Shown piece by piece: positions 1-9,543 of a stretch of DNA of 64,000 bases (position 1 is its first letter; each line of letters begins with the position of its first letter). The stretch comes from a virus. The DNA lies in the IMG/VR virus record IMGVR_UViG_3300012078_000128, positions 1 to 64,000 of that record; one strand, written 5' to 3'. The notes below the pieces were generated by a model, which did no database searches, had not been told where the DNA came from, and saw only the letters and a program-made list of their open reading frames with translations. The translations under genes and the position numbers were made by a program.

Positions 1-891
1 ATTACTTTCTAATTCTCCACGTTGCTCCATTAATTGTGCTTCTAATTCACCTTGATCCAGATGTTGTACAATAGACTCAAAGAAACCACCTGTTTTTTCC
101 TTTAAATCTCCTGGTAAAAATCCAATCTCTTCACCAGTTCCAATAGGATTTCTAACAAAATACATTTTTGACTGATTTCCTTTTTCTTTTACATGGAAAA
201 GTCCCATACGAGTAGCTATATAGCTTTTCCCAGAGCCATAAGTGCCAGCAATGAACTTCACAGGAATATCTTTATTCATTAACATATCTAATGCACATTC
301 CTGTAGATCATTTTTTGCCTTAATGAATCTTCTAGGAGGGAGTGACAGATTAACGTGTGTGTCACCATTCCATCTAAACTTATCAAGTGTATTCTTATTC
401 ATATCTCTTAGTATTACATATTGATTAATTAATAAATCGAAATAATTTACGTACTTGTTCTCATAGAATTTTGCTAATTCCTCATTATTTACTTCAACAA
501 ATTTATAACCCTTGTAATCTAAATCAATAGTTTTATCATCCAGTTCGATAACTTGGATGCCATACCCTTTAGCTATATATTTCATATTCCTGTCATATGT
601 AAGTAGGATATAGTCATTTTCAATACAAGCAGAGATAATCTTATTATCTTCATAGCACGAATCTAGACGAACATCATGCACTTGATAGTCTTTGAAATCA
701 AATTCAATACGAGATATATTCTCATCAATATATCTAGAAGCTTTTCTAGCTTTGAATGCACGTTCATTATTTGAACAAATTTTATGCTTATCCAATTCTC
801 TAAGGACGCTATTCAGTAGTACAATGTTATCGTATTCATCTAATAGGTGAGGGTTTTGCATTAGTACGTTTGTGTCTGCAACAAACTTCAT
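1..891 (-). CDS. PIN-domain + PhoH-like P-loop ATPase (YlaK/PhoH family); C-terminus runs off the left edge
   Basis: Own minus-strand translation from ATG at 891. It is absent from the ORF track because the ORF is open at the window edge. MKFVADTNVLMQNPHLL (PIN-like N-terminus); Walker A AGTYGSGKS (codons around 249-223); GFLPGDLKEK motif typical of PhoH. Confidence 0.75.
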   Translation of the reverse strand, partial: MKFVADTNVLMQNPHLLDEYDNIVLLNSVLRELDKHKICSNNERAFKARKASRYIDENISRIEFDFKDYQVHDVRLDSCYEDNKIISACIENDYILLTYDRNMKYIAKGYGIQVIELDDKTIDLDYKGYKFVEVNNEELAKFYENKYVNYFDLLINQYVILRDMNKNTLDKFRWNGDTHVNLSLPPRRFIKAKNDLQECALDMLMNKDIPVKFIAGTYGSGKSYIATRMGLFHVKEKGNQSKMYFVRNPIGTGEEIGFLPGDLKEKTGGFFESIVQHLDQGELEAQLMEQRGELESN

Positions 892-935
892 GGAATGCAC
901 TCCTAGATATTCAATATGATTTTGTAAAAAATAGA

Positions 936-978
936 AGTCGTTACTAACTGATAACATCAAAATTAGTTAGTAACGACT
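936..978. terminator. Perfect 14-bp stem hairpin between convergent-end genes
   Basis: AGTCGTTACTAACT (936-949) pairs with AGTTAGTAACGACT (965-978). It lies just downstream of the HU-like gene stop on the minus strand. Confidence 0.55.
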
Positions 979-1006
979 ATGTATTATTGTTTATATTTTA
1001 AGAGGA

Positions 1007-1285
1007 TTATTTCCCGTTAACTTTATCTTTAATCTTCTGAGAAGGTTTAAACTTAACTGCTAAACTTGCTGCAATATCAAGTTCTTCACCAGTCTGTGGA
1101 TTGCGGCCTTTACGTGCTGAACGTTCTGTTACAGTAAACTTACCGATCTCACCAAGAGGAATGGATCTGCCTTCAACCAGAATGTCCTCAAATACTTTGA
1201 ATACGCTATCCAGAGTCGCGCGAGCATCTTTCTGTGTTACTTCCAATTTTTCTGCTACTGCTTTGATAAATTCTTGTTTTTTCAT
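1007..1285 (-). CDS. HU/IHF-family histone-like DNA-binding protein (SPbeta YonN-like position)
   Basis: 92 aa. MKKQEFIKAVAEK...GKFTVTERSARKGRNPQTGEEL...KFKPSQKIK is the classic HU fold signature. SD GGGAGAAA lies upstream of the ATG. Confidence 0.9.
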   Translation of the reverse strand: MKKQEFIKAVAEKLEVTQKDARATLDSVFKVFEDILVEGRSIPLGEIGKFTVTERSARKGRNPQTGEELDIAASLAVKFKPSQKIKDKVNGK

Positions 1286-1471
1286 AATTAATTTCTCCCT
1301 TGTTTTTCAATATATTTTTGTTTCCACATTCACAGCAAGTGGGACTGTCTTATATGTAGATTTTGTACATCACATGCATAAATTATTTATTATTTTATAG
1401 ATGTATTCTCTCTATATTGTAGACTTTAGAAACGTTGATGTATCAAGGCTTTTAATACTTTTTCGCAACTT

Positions 1472-4141
1472 TCAGCTTAAAATTTCACCTTTTTTGAAGA
1501 TTTCTAACAAACTTTTAGGATGCGTTTCATTTAAAACTGACAAAACTCTGAATAGCAATCCATGTTCTATCGCAATTAGATGCTTCACAAGCCTAAACAT
1601 TGTATCTTCTTTTATTTTCAAACTCTTTATATAATTGAGGTGCTCTCTGAAAGTGGAGTCAATTAATCTGTCTCTTTCTTTCTTATTGGAGTATTTTTTT
1701 GCATATAAACTCTGTGTTTCTCTATCTAATAGACTTATTCTTTTCATAATATTGTCAAATTGTTTCTCATTAGCTCTTTGTCGGGGTTTCTCTAGTAACA
1801 GGCTATCTATTAAAATAGAACTTTCTCTGGTACTATGAATATTTTCTTCAAGGTTTTTAATTAAATAATCCATAGGACAGTCACACATCTTAATGTTTCT
1901 TTCAATAGTTTTACTTTGACTCACATATCTCCAAAACAATGGTTTTTTCTTTCTTTCTTTTATAGACGGGATACTTTCAACATTTTTAATCTCTTTTGTG
2001 ATATCTATTTCATAAAATTTCTTTGCCATATCAATAGCAATTCCACTGAGAATTGTCATAACATCTACTTTTTTTAGTAGATTTTCAACTTTATGTTCAT
2101 CAACACACAAATTATTTTTCAAATCCCAGTAATAGGACATACATAACTGTCCTAAGTTAACGACTTTCCCTATGTCTGTTTGACTATTAGATAGTTGGTT
2201 GTCAATATCATACATATCTTTTGTAGTAAGTTTGTATTTCTTCTTCTGTCCTTCTATATGGTTAATGCATACTTTGTAATTACCAAAGCATTCTTTTGCT
2301 AATGCTAGCAATTTGTCATTATCAAATAGAAGTACAGTATCTGAATCATAATCAGCCCCTGAAAGTATGTCTTGTAATGCAAAGTTAATTGCGTTTACGC
2401 ACACTATGTTAGGTGTTAAGTTGAAGTATTTCTCAATTTCTTTCACTTGTTTATTCTTCACTACCAACACATTAGAAGGGGAGGTGTTAGGATTTCTAAA
2501 GCCGACATACTCTTTGTCAAAATCGAACAAATTAGTATAAACTTCATTATTCTTAAGTGTGTGCTTATTTTCACTTATATCAAATTTACCGATAGCATGT
2601 TTTAGAAATTCTAAAGGATTCCCTAGCATTACACAGTAGTCACCATTCAGTTTGATTTTACCTTTTTTAGCGTGGCTTCTTTGTGAGTATATAAATTGCC
2701 TTCTTACTTTTTTAAAGTTATTTGTTCTAATAAAATCCTTATTGTGTTCATACAAATCTACATAGACCTTATTATTATTGATGATAGTCGCAGATTCTCT
2801 TAGTTTTTGAATGAAAAACAAATCATCATTTTTAAGTCTATCTATATATTCGTATTCGGTTTCTACTAATTTTTTAATATCTTTTTGTTTGATCGGTAGA
2901 CAGTTGACCATTTGGTAAGAGGTTTGCTGTAGCAATCTTTTATCTAAATCTCTGCCTATTTTAGACTCTTTCTCATTTTTACAAACACCAAACAAACTTC
3001 CATCTTCTTTTACTTTAGACCTCCAATAGTTCCACATATCACTATCATTTTTTGTTTTTAAAACGTGTGTAAATTTGAAGACTTTCACACTATTGGGAGT
3101 TGTGATGAGCTCGATATCTTTTGCGAATAACTTATTCCCGAATTTATCGGTTATTTGCCAATCATCATAGTTTATTTCTTTAGGACAATTATTCTTAAAA
3201 AACTCTTGAATGTTACAATTGAAAGCTGCTGACTTGAACATGTGATTCCTTAAAAGCTTCATTGAAGTACCGTCTTCAAAGTGCTTGGAGTCCAATAAAG
3301 ATTGCCCATCAAATAATGAGTTGCTGACAGTTGTTTTTTCTTTGAAGCTGTCCAAGAAACCATCTTTACCTTTTTTTACAACATTGCACACCTGTTCAAA
3401 TTCACTATCTACGTCCTCAATTAGTAAAATTTTATCTGGATTTAAGGTCATAGTAGATTCAATAGATGAACCAACAAGAGATTCATATGCGAGTAAACCA
3501 GCTAAATCAATATTCATTCCTTTTCTTATGGGTAAATTCAATCTTGACCACTTAATCATTTTGTTATATAGCTCTTTTTTGATAAACAAACATTGTCCCG
3601 TTCTACTTTTAGAAGATGACCGTTTATACGCAACGTACTCTGTAGCCTTTGTTTTACCTGTTTTTTCATTTGTTCGGGTAATTTTAAATCCCTCGGTATA
3701 TAAAATCTTTCTTAGATCAGAAGCACTGATTGAATTCCACGATTCATTATTTTCTTCTATGGTGACAAGAAAATCATTAAGTCTTCCTAATGATTCTGGA
3801 TTATTTTCATTATTTATTTTCTTTTTATAGACAATATTGCTTAATTCTTTTGCGGATTTCACTTTCTGTTTGAACTTCACATTAATAATATCGTCACTAA
3901 TATCTTTTTCTCTGTTTTTTAAGTACTTTACATTTAATCCTGAATTTCTAAGCTTAATTAATTCTAGACTGTGCGGTATCATTCCAACGTAGTCATAATT
4001 TATGTAGGAGTCTCGATGCATATGGTTGTAAATATCATTCGCTTCAAGGCTTAAAATATAAACTGGCTTCTCTCTGATCTCTTTTTTCACTAGGTTTATC
4101 CTTTCTCCTATTTCTTTTGATAAGCCTAAAGATATTATCAC
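1472..4141 (-). CDS. yonO: YonO-like single-subunit RNA polymerase (RdRP/two-barrel family)
   Basis: 889 aa ORF next to the HU gene, as yonN-yonO in SPbeta. Motif block GFRNPNTSPSNVLVV...ILSGADYDSDTVLLFDND resembles the R-x-P...SGGDxDGD catalytic block of QDE-1-type RdRPs/YonO; DYDSD is encoded at 2339-2353. The GTG at 4090 with SD GGAGAAAGG is a more likely start than 4141. Confidence 0.7.
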   Translation of the reverse strand: MIISLGLSKEIGERINLVKKEIREKPVYILSLEANDIYNHMHRDSYINYDYVGMIPHSLELIKLRNSGLNVKYLKNREKDISDDIINVKFKQKVKSAKELSNIVYKKKINNENNPESLGRLNDFLVTIEENNESWNSISASDLRKILYTEGFKITRTNEKTGKTKATEYVAYKRSSSKSRTGQCLFIKKELYNKMIKWSRLNLPIRKGMNIDLAGLLAYESLVGSSIESTMTLNPDKILLIEDVDSEFEQVCNVVKKGKDGFLDSFKEKTTVSNSLFDGQSLLDSKHFEDGTSMKLLRNHMFKSAAFNCNIQEFFKNNCPKEINYDDWQITDKFGNKLFAKDIELITTPNSVKVFKFTHVLKTKNDSDMWNYWRSKVKEDGSLFGVCKNEKESKIGRDLDKRLLQQTSYQMVNCLPIKQKDIKKLVETEYEYIDRLKNDDLFFIQKLRESATIINNNKVYVDLYEHNKDFIRTNNFKKVRRQFIYSQRSHAKKGKIKLNGDYCVMLGNPLEFLKHAIGKFDISENKHTLKNNEVYTNLFDFDKEYVGFRNPNTSPSNVLVVKNKQVKEIEKYFNLTPNIVCVNAINFALQDILSGADYDSDTVLLFDNDKLLALAKECFGNYKVCINHIEGQKKKYKLTTKDMYDIDNQLSNSQTDIGKVVNLGQLCMSYYWDLKNNLCVDEHKVENLLKKVDVMTILSGIAIDMAKKFYEIDITKEIKNVESIPSIKERKKKPLFWRYVSQSKTIERNIKMCDCPMDYLIKNLEENIHSTRESSILIDSLLLEKPRQRANEKQFDNIMKRISLLDRETQSLYAKKYSNKKERDRLIDSTFREHLNYIKSLKIKEDTMFRLVKHLIAIEHGLLFRVLSVLNETHPKSLLEIFKKGEILS

Positions 4142-4247
4142 AATCTGATTAAAGGTATTGCAGTTGAAATATGCAATTGTCTAATATATTCCTTGATATC
4201 TTTAGAAATCGTAAATCTACTTTAGCAATAAGTCTATTGGGTTTATC

Positions 4248-4427
4248 TCAATACCCACGTTTCATAGTATTTCTAGCTTCTTGTTTCGTTTCCTTATATG
4301 TATCCCACTCTTTATTAAAATAACCATGTGTCTGATAATGGATGTACAAGTCCATTTCTTCTTGTGTATTTACTTCATGTTCAATCCTATCCTCTAGATA
4401 CCATATAATCTGTTCGTTACTAACCAT
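4248..4427 (-). CDS. Small hypothetical protein (59 aa)
   Basis: Own translation MVSNEQIIWYLEDRIEHEV...KRGY. SD GAGGAG lies 9 nt upstream of the ATG. Below the ORF-track size cutoff. Confidence 0.45.
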   Translation of the reverse strand: MVSNEQIIWYLEDRIEHEVNTQEEMDLYIHYQTHGYFNKEWDTYKETKQEARNTMKRGY

Positions 4428-4601
4428 TTGTCCATTCTCCTCATCATCTCCCTATAACTGAATATCACATCTAATGCCATCTTAGTTACAGATTTTATAA
4501 TTATTCTCTTTTGTGTGTATTCTGTGCATGAGTGCACCTTACACCTTTATATTAGATTTTATAAGAGTATATGTAAAGTTGTTTTTATTAATTATTACCT
4601 A

Positions 4602-4630
4602 TTGACTTGTAGATTTAGCTTATATAGAAT
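4602..4630 (+). promoter_or_regulatory. Sigma-A-type promoter for the helicase gene
   Basis: TTGACT (4602-4607), 17-nt spacer, TAGAAT (4625-4630). Confidence 0.5.
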
Positions 4631-4675
4631 AATAACCAGTGTCAGACATTACCACAAACAAAAGGGGAATGCGAA

Positions 4676-6961
4676 TTGAAAAAAGACGAAGTAATCAAAG
4701 TTAACGCTAAGGTGAAGAAGAAATTGTATCCGAAAGGTAACGAACACAACAATTTTTTCATATATTCAATTTCACCTAATTCAAGCTCTCAAGCTATTGC
4801 TACGCTAAATGAAGAGTATAATAATTTCATTGTAAGTGGAAAGATGCAAGAACTAATTGAAGGAAATACATATGATATTGAAATTATTCCTAGCTGGTCT
4901 AAGAAACATGGAGACGGATATTCTGTTGTAAGTGTAACAAGTGAACGTCCTTCTTCCATAAAAGATCAACAAGAATACGTTCAAAGAGTAATTACAGATA
5001 AACAATACAAAGCTCTCATCAATAAATATCCTGAGCATCCATTGTTAGATATGTTTGAGAACGATGACATCGACTACTCAGATATTAAAGGTATTGGTAA
5101 AACAGCATACCAAAAAATAAAAGATAATTTATTTAATAATATGATAACTAATGATTTGGCGGCAAAGCTAAAAAACATGGGCGTTACTTTCACATCTGCG
5201 AAAGCATTGCTTAACCACTTTGGTAGCTCCGACTTAGTTATACAATTATCCAAAGATAATATTTATCGGTTCTGCGAAATAAAAGGGTTTGGATTTAAAA
5301 AGGTGGACGAGTACGCAATTTTAAGAGGGGATGACCCTATGAGTAAAGGGCGTATCCTAGCTGCTACAAAATATCTACTTGATCAAGATGAGCAAAAGGG
5401 ACACTCTTGGATGTTTAAACAAGAGTTACTTGGACAATTACATGAGTTACTCAAAATTGATGTATTAAAAATAGAAACAATTGTGAATAGCATTCAGAAT
5501 AAGGAATACAATTTATACGTTGATGATAAAAGGGTTGCTTCATATCCTAATTATAAATATGAATTAGCAATAAAAAAGAAGCTGATTCAAATGATTAACA
5601 CGCCATGTAAGACTAAAGGTATTGATTCTGATGAAGTAATTAAAACTTTAGAATTGAAGAACGGCTTCGAATATACTGATGAACAAAAGAATGCAATTCG
5701 ATTAGCTACTAATAACAACATACTGATATTAAATGGGCGAGCCGGTTCAGGAAAAACGTTTACAGTAAAAGGAATTCTTGAAGCTCTCAGAGACTATTCT
5801 TATCATTGCAGTGCATTATCAGGGAAAGCAGCCAAGGTCCTTTCATCTAACGGTCTAACAGCTTCCACTATTCATCGTATGCTTGGTATTAATAAAGAAA
5901 CTGGTGGATTTGCTCATAACGAAAAAATGCAACTACAGCATGATATTGTAATCTTAGACGAATCATCAATGGCTAATATCTATTTAATTTATTCAATTGT
6001 AATTGCACTCAAAGATGACGCTAAAATTATATTTGTAGGAGATAATGGTCAATTACCTTCAATTGGAGTGGGTTCAGTATTCGATGACTTGTTGTCTACT
6101 GGTGTATTACCTCAACAAGAACTCACCAAAATACACAGGCAAGCACAAAAGTCAGGTATATTGTCTGTTGCCAATAGAATACGTACAGGTAATCAAATCA
6201 ATAAACCTTATGAATTTGAGACACAAGTTTATGGAGAGCTTAAAGATATGGTTCTAATCCCTGTGCGAGATAAATCATACATACAGAGCGTGATTCTGTC
6301 TATCTGCGAAAAATACAAGCACAACGACCTATTTGAGTTTCAAGTGTTAACTACAATGAGAGAACGTGGAGATATATCAGTTAAAACACTGAATAATCTC
6401 CTACAACCAATATTTAACCCAAACACAAAAGAGGGGATTAAAAGTGGTTGGTACGAATATAAAGAAGGGGATAAGATCATTCAAAACGGGAACAACTATG
6501 AAGCTAAAATTGAAATTGACGAGTTTAATGAAATGTTGAATGACTCTTTTGAACAAGTAGAAGACGTGGAAGAAAAAGAATCTACAGTAGAAGTATTTAA
6601 CGGTACAATGGGAAAAATTATAAAGATTAACAAAGATAAAGAAAATCAAAACCTTAAAGTCTACATACAATTTGAAGATATTGATGAAGTTGTTGTCTAT
6701 GAGAGAACTGACTTGATGCAAATTGAATTAGCATATGCAATTACCACGCATAAAAGTCAGGGATCAACCTTGAAACACGTTCTATTTGCACTTGATTACG
6801 GCGCATATAAGTTACTTAGCAGAGAAATGGTATATACAGCAATCACAAGAGCGAGTAAAGGTTGCGTAGTAGTTGCGGAAAACAGGGCATTCCATCACGC
6901 TATAGAAAATACAACGGGTGATAACAGAAGAACGTTTTTGAAAGAGTTGTTAAATAGTTAA
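4676..6961 (+). CDS. RecD2-like SF1B DNA helicase
   Basis: 761 aa. Walker A LNGRAGSGKTF, Walker B VILDESSM, C-terminal AITTHKSQGST and TAITRA motifs of the RecD/TraA family. TTG start 8 nt after GGGG. Confidence 0.85.
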   Translation: MKKDEVIKVNAKVKKKLYPKGNEHNNFFIYSISPNSSSQAIATLNEEYNNFIVSGKMQELIEGNTYDIEIIPSWSKKHGDGYSVVSVTSERPSSIKDQQEYVQRVITDKQYKALINKYPEHPLLDMFENDDIDYSDIKGIGKTAYQKIKDNLFNNMITNDLAAKLKNMGVTFTSAKALLNHFGSSDLVIQLSKDNIYRFCEIKGFGFKKVDEYAILRGDDPMSKGRILAATKYLLDQDEQKGHSWMFKQELLGQLHELLKIDVLKIETIVNSIQNKEYNLYVDDKRVASYPNYKYELAIKKKLIQMINTPCKTKGIDSDEVIKTLELKNGFEYTDEQKNAIRLATNNNILILNGRAGSGKTFTVKGILEALRDYSYHCSALSGKAAKVLSSNGLTASTIHRMLGINKETGGFAHNEKMQLQHDIVILDESSMANIYLIYSIVIALKDDAKIIFVGDNGQLPSIGVGSVFDDLLSTGVLPQQELTKIHRQAQKSGILSVANRIRTGNQINKPYEFETQVYGELKDMVLIPVRDKSYIQSVILSICEKYKHNDLFEFQVLTTMRERGDISVKTLNNLLQPIFNPNTKEGIKSGWYEYKEGDKIIQNGNNYEAKIEIDEFNEMLNDSFEQVEDVEEKESTVEVFNGTMGKIIKINKDKENQNLKVYIQFEDIDEVVVYERTDLMQIELAYAITTHKSQGSTLKHVLFALDYGAYKLLSREMVYTAITRASKGCVVVAENRAFHHAIENTTGDNRRTFLKELLNS

Positions 6962-6989
6962 AAGATAATAAGTAATATATTTTAATTTA

Positions 6990-7027
6990 TTTACAGACAG
7001 GGGTTGAAGTTCTAATATAGAAGAGTA
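6990..7027 (+). promoter_or_regulatory. Promoter, class TTTACA-N17-TAATAT with a conserved downstream 20-mer
   Basis: TTTACA 6990-6995, TAATAT 7013-7018. The 20-mer AGTTCTAATATAGAAGAGTA (7008-7027) is identical to 26285-26304. Confidence 0.5.
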
Positions 7028-7260
7028 GGTTCAAAAACTTGTCAAAAACATACATAAATGAACCTACTTGCTTATTCTTCTGATTTAGCTAGTATCAAAA
7101 AGTATCAAATATCAGTAACTTTTGAACCTACCTAGTGTCAAAAGTTATCATTTTTTTATACTTTTTGAACTGGGGGTAGGTTCAAAAGTTATCACTTTTT
7201 TATACTTTTTGACACAGATATATTAGAGATACTATTATACTAGAGATACTATACTATTAT
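7026..7260. repeat. Cluster of dyad and tandem repeats (candidate operator or origin)
   Basis: GTAGGTTCAAAA and its complement occur at 7026, 7062, 7120 and 7177. Two tandem ~38-bp imperfect palindromes (G/T)TCAAAAGTTATCAyTTTTTTATACTTTTTGA lie at 7133-7170 and 7177-7215. AGTATCAAA x2 at 7091 and 7101. TAGAGATACTAT x2 at 7223-7252. Confidence 0.6.
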
Positions 7261-7318
7261 TAAAGATATTGGAATGGTCGCGCGGTAGCAGCTTACCCAA
7301 AAAGAAAGGAGAGAAGTG

Positions 7319-8143
7319 ATGAAAGGATTTCAGAATGACTGGAAAGGGCTATATATCAAAGGTTTTAAATCCTTTGCAGATCTAGTAGAAAAGACGAAAG
7401 TAAAAACAGTAAATAAAGAGGGAGTAAAAACAAAAAAGAAGGTTAATGTTCTTGCTCCATATATTGAATATAGAGAGTTCTATACATATTGCCTTCTTGT
7501 TTTAAATGAGAGACGCAATCAAACTATCTCAGTAAATGTTAGTTTACTATTAGAACAATCCCCTATCAAATTCAGCACAACAAAGAAAAAGAATCGAGAA
7601 TTGTTAGTGGATAGCTTAATGTGTCTAAAAAAAGAAAACATTATTAATACAGCTAATGATTATTCCAAAGAGTATTTGCTTGGTGATAACCTCTTAGAAC
7701 TAAGAGTAAATTATAAAAAACTTTCGGGCAATAATAATACAGAAGATGATTGGAAAGGCTATGAACGAATCCCTTTCGATGCCTTTTTCAAAGCAAAGAA
7801 AATGCAACATCTATATATTTACTATTTGGTTAAACGATATGATCTCGATGGATTCAAATGTTCCTATAGTTATTGGGCAACACTTCTTGATTCTTCTTTG
7901 AGCACGGCTAAAAGGTATTTAGCAGAAGCTGTTGATGAAAAAGTTATATTTGTAAATATCGGAAAATATGAGAATAAATCAAGAGTTAGGCAACAGATGA
8001 ATACATATAAAACTTATTGCTTTAAGGATAAAGAGAAGACAATTCAAACAAAGATTAAAGAGGTTAAAAATGGAATCGATAAAGCGACTATTTGTTCTGA
8101 TGTTAGAAAAGTAGAAAGTTTATATTGCAGTAATCCATTTTAA
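7319..8143 (+). CDS. Hypothetical wHTH-like protein (possible initiator or regulator for the upstream repeats)
   Basis: ORF track 7316..8143. The ATG at 7319 follows SD AAAGGAGAG. The C-terminal segment SLSTAKRYLAEAVDEKVIFV looks like an HTH recognition region. Function inferred from context only. Confidence 0.45.
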   Translation: MKGFQNDWKGLYIKGFKSFADLVEKTKVKTVNKEGVKTKKKVNVLAPYIEYREFYTYCLLVLNERRNQTISVNVSLLLEQSPIKFSTTKKKNRELLVDSLMCLKKENIINTANDYSKEYLLGDNLLELRVNYKKLSGNNNTEDDWKGYERIPFDAFFKAKKMQHLYIYYLVKRYDLDGFKCSYSYWATLLDSSLSTAKRYLAEAVDEKVIFVNIGKYENKSRVRQQMNTYKTYCFKDKEKTIQTKIKEVKNGIDKATICSDVRKVESLYCSNPF

Positions 8144-8315
8144 ACAACAAAATCAAAGGTTGTGAGTCTAATCAGTTGCCTACATATTGTAATTTAAAAA
8201 AGAATAATTATAATATGTTATTTTAAATTTAATTTAAGGCGTTTTAGCAATAACTAATACAATGACACCTGAAATTAATTTAAACGTCACTATCGCTCTC
8301 TAATTAGCTCACAGG

Positions 8316-8362
8316 GACATGCTATAGATTCCGAACTCGGGAAAACTTTGCATGTCTTTTTT
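8316..8362 (+). terminator. Rho-independent terminator
   Basis: GACATGC (8316-8322) pairs with GCATGTC (8350-8356), followed by TTTTTT. Confidence 0.5.
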
Positions 8363-8364
8363 AT

Positions 8365-8453
8365 TTTACATTGAATGTAAATTCAATGTACTTATAAAGT
8401 AACTTACGCATAGGCTTATTTTAGAACAACATCAAATTTACATTCAATGTACA
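8365..8453. promoter_or_regulatory. parC-like palindrome cluster upstream of the actin-like gene
   Basis: 13-bp palindromes TACATT-N-AATGTA at 8367-8379 and 8439-8451, plus a degenerate copy at 8378-8391. Confidence 0.55.
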
Positions 8454-8470
8454 TGAAAGGTGGAGTTAAT

Positions 8471-9319
8471 GTGGAGATATTGGGGATTGACGCAGGTAAT
8501 AGCAACATAAAAGTCGTTGGTAATAAAGGAGAATTAACATTCCCATCAGCTTTAGGTGAGCATAGAGAAAGAAAACTGGTGCAAAAGTTCAGCGAAAATG
8601 ACATTGAATACGAATTTAGAGGAACGAAAGGCTTTGCAGGCACGTTGGCTAAATATGAAAGTCAATTTTCGGTTTCTAAAATGGGGGCTACTAAGGCTCA
8701 CAAGGAGATGTTAATTAGAGTTTTATTAGGAATCACACGTTATTCAAATGGAAACAACTTTAAGATTATCGTAGGCCAACCAATTAGCTACCACATTGAA
8801 GAAGAAAAAAACAAAATGAAGTCAATTTTAGTTGGCTCTCATGAAATTGAAGTAAATGGACAACATAGATTGATAAATATTGAAGATGTAGAAGTTGCAG
8901 CAGAATCGGGATCAGCATTCTGGTCTAATCCAACTAATGGTCTGGTTCGGATACTGGATATAGGAAGTGGAACCGTTAATGTCGCTACACTTATTGAAGG
9001 ACGTTATATAGATAAAGACAGTTTTACAATAACTGATGGTTTAGAAACACTTGTTAGCAACGATTTAAACGCTTTTGCTCGTAAAATTGCAATAGATACG
9101 CTTAAACGATGGGATGAAAACGATTTGGTTTTTTTATGTGGTGGCGGGGCAGAAAAGATGGAGAAATATATAAGAGACCACTATTTTAATACGAAGGTAT
9201 TAAAACCACAACTACAGTACAAAGACAATGATGGGGTAATACAAGGAAAACAATTATCACCGATATATGGGAATGCAGTTGGTTACTTCAACATTGCAAA
9301 GAAACAATGGTCTCAATGA
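8471..9319 (+). CDS. ParM/AlfA-like actin-family partition ATPase (copy 1)
   Basis: Phosphate-1 GIDAGNSNIKV, phosphate-2 ILDIGSGTVNV, adenosine motif LCGGGAE. The GTG at 8471 follows SD AAAGGTGGAG; the ORF track starts at 8447. Confidence 0.8.
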   Translation: MEILGIDAGNSNIKVVGNKGELTFPSALGEHRERKLVQKFSENDIEYEFRGTKGFAGTLAKYESQFSVSKMGATKAHKEMLIRVLLGITRYSNGNNFKIIVGQPISYHIEEEKNKMKSILVGSHEIEVNGQHRLINIEDVEVAAESGSAFWSNPTNGLVRILDIGSGTVNVATLIEGRYIDKDSFTITDGLETLVSNDLNAFARKIAIDTLKRWDENDLVFLCGGGAEKMEKYIRDHYFNTKVLKPQLQYKDNDGVIQGKQLSPIYGNAVGYFNIAKKQWSQ

Positions 9320-9543
9320 GCAAATTTGTAAATAAGGGAGTAAGTTTTAATTTGTCGGATATTGACCAAAAGAAGATGTATGAACATGCTATGAAACGCA
9401 CCAATTTTTCTTCATATGTTAAGCGACTTATTCAACGAGATATGGAAGGTTATAGCTTGTCTAATACCAATGAGCATAAGCCTGTCCAAAGCAAATTAGA
9501 ACCACTCAATTTCAACTCAGATGATATGAAAAGGCTACTCTAG
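9316..9543 (+). CDS. Ribbon-helix-helix adaptor (ParR/AlfB-like)
   Basis: ATGA overlap with the actin gene stop. KGVSFNLSDIDQKKMYEHAMKRTNFSSYVKRLIQRD fits a CopG/Arc-type RHH. Confidence 0.6.
   Translation: MSKFVNKGVSFNLSDIDQKKMYEHAMKRTNFSSYVKRLIQRDMEGYSLSNTNEHKPVQSKLEPLNFNSDDMKRLL

Noticed and set aside
1101-3830. Plus-strand ORFs 1101-1400, 1401-1634, 1635-1838 and 3285-3830
   Set aside because: They are antisense to the well-supported HU and YonO-like genes, with low-complexity hydrophobic translations typical of AT-rich antisense frames.
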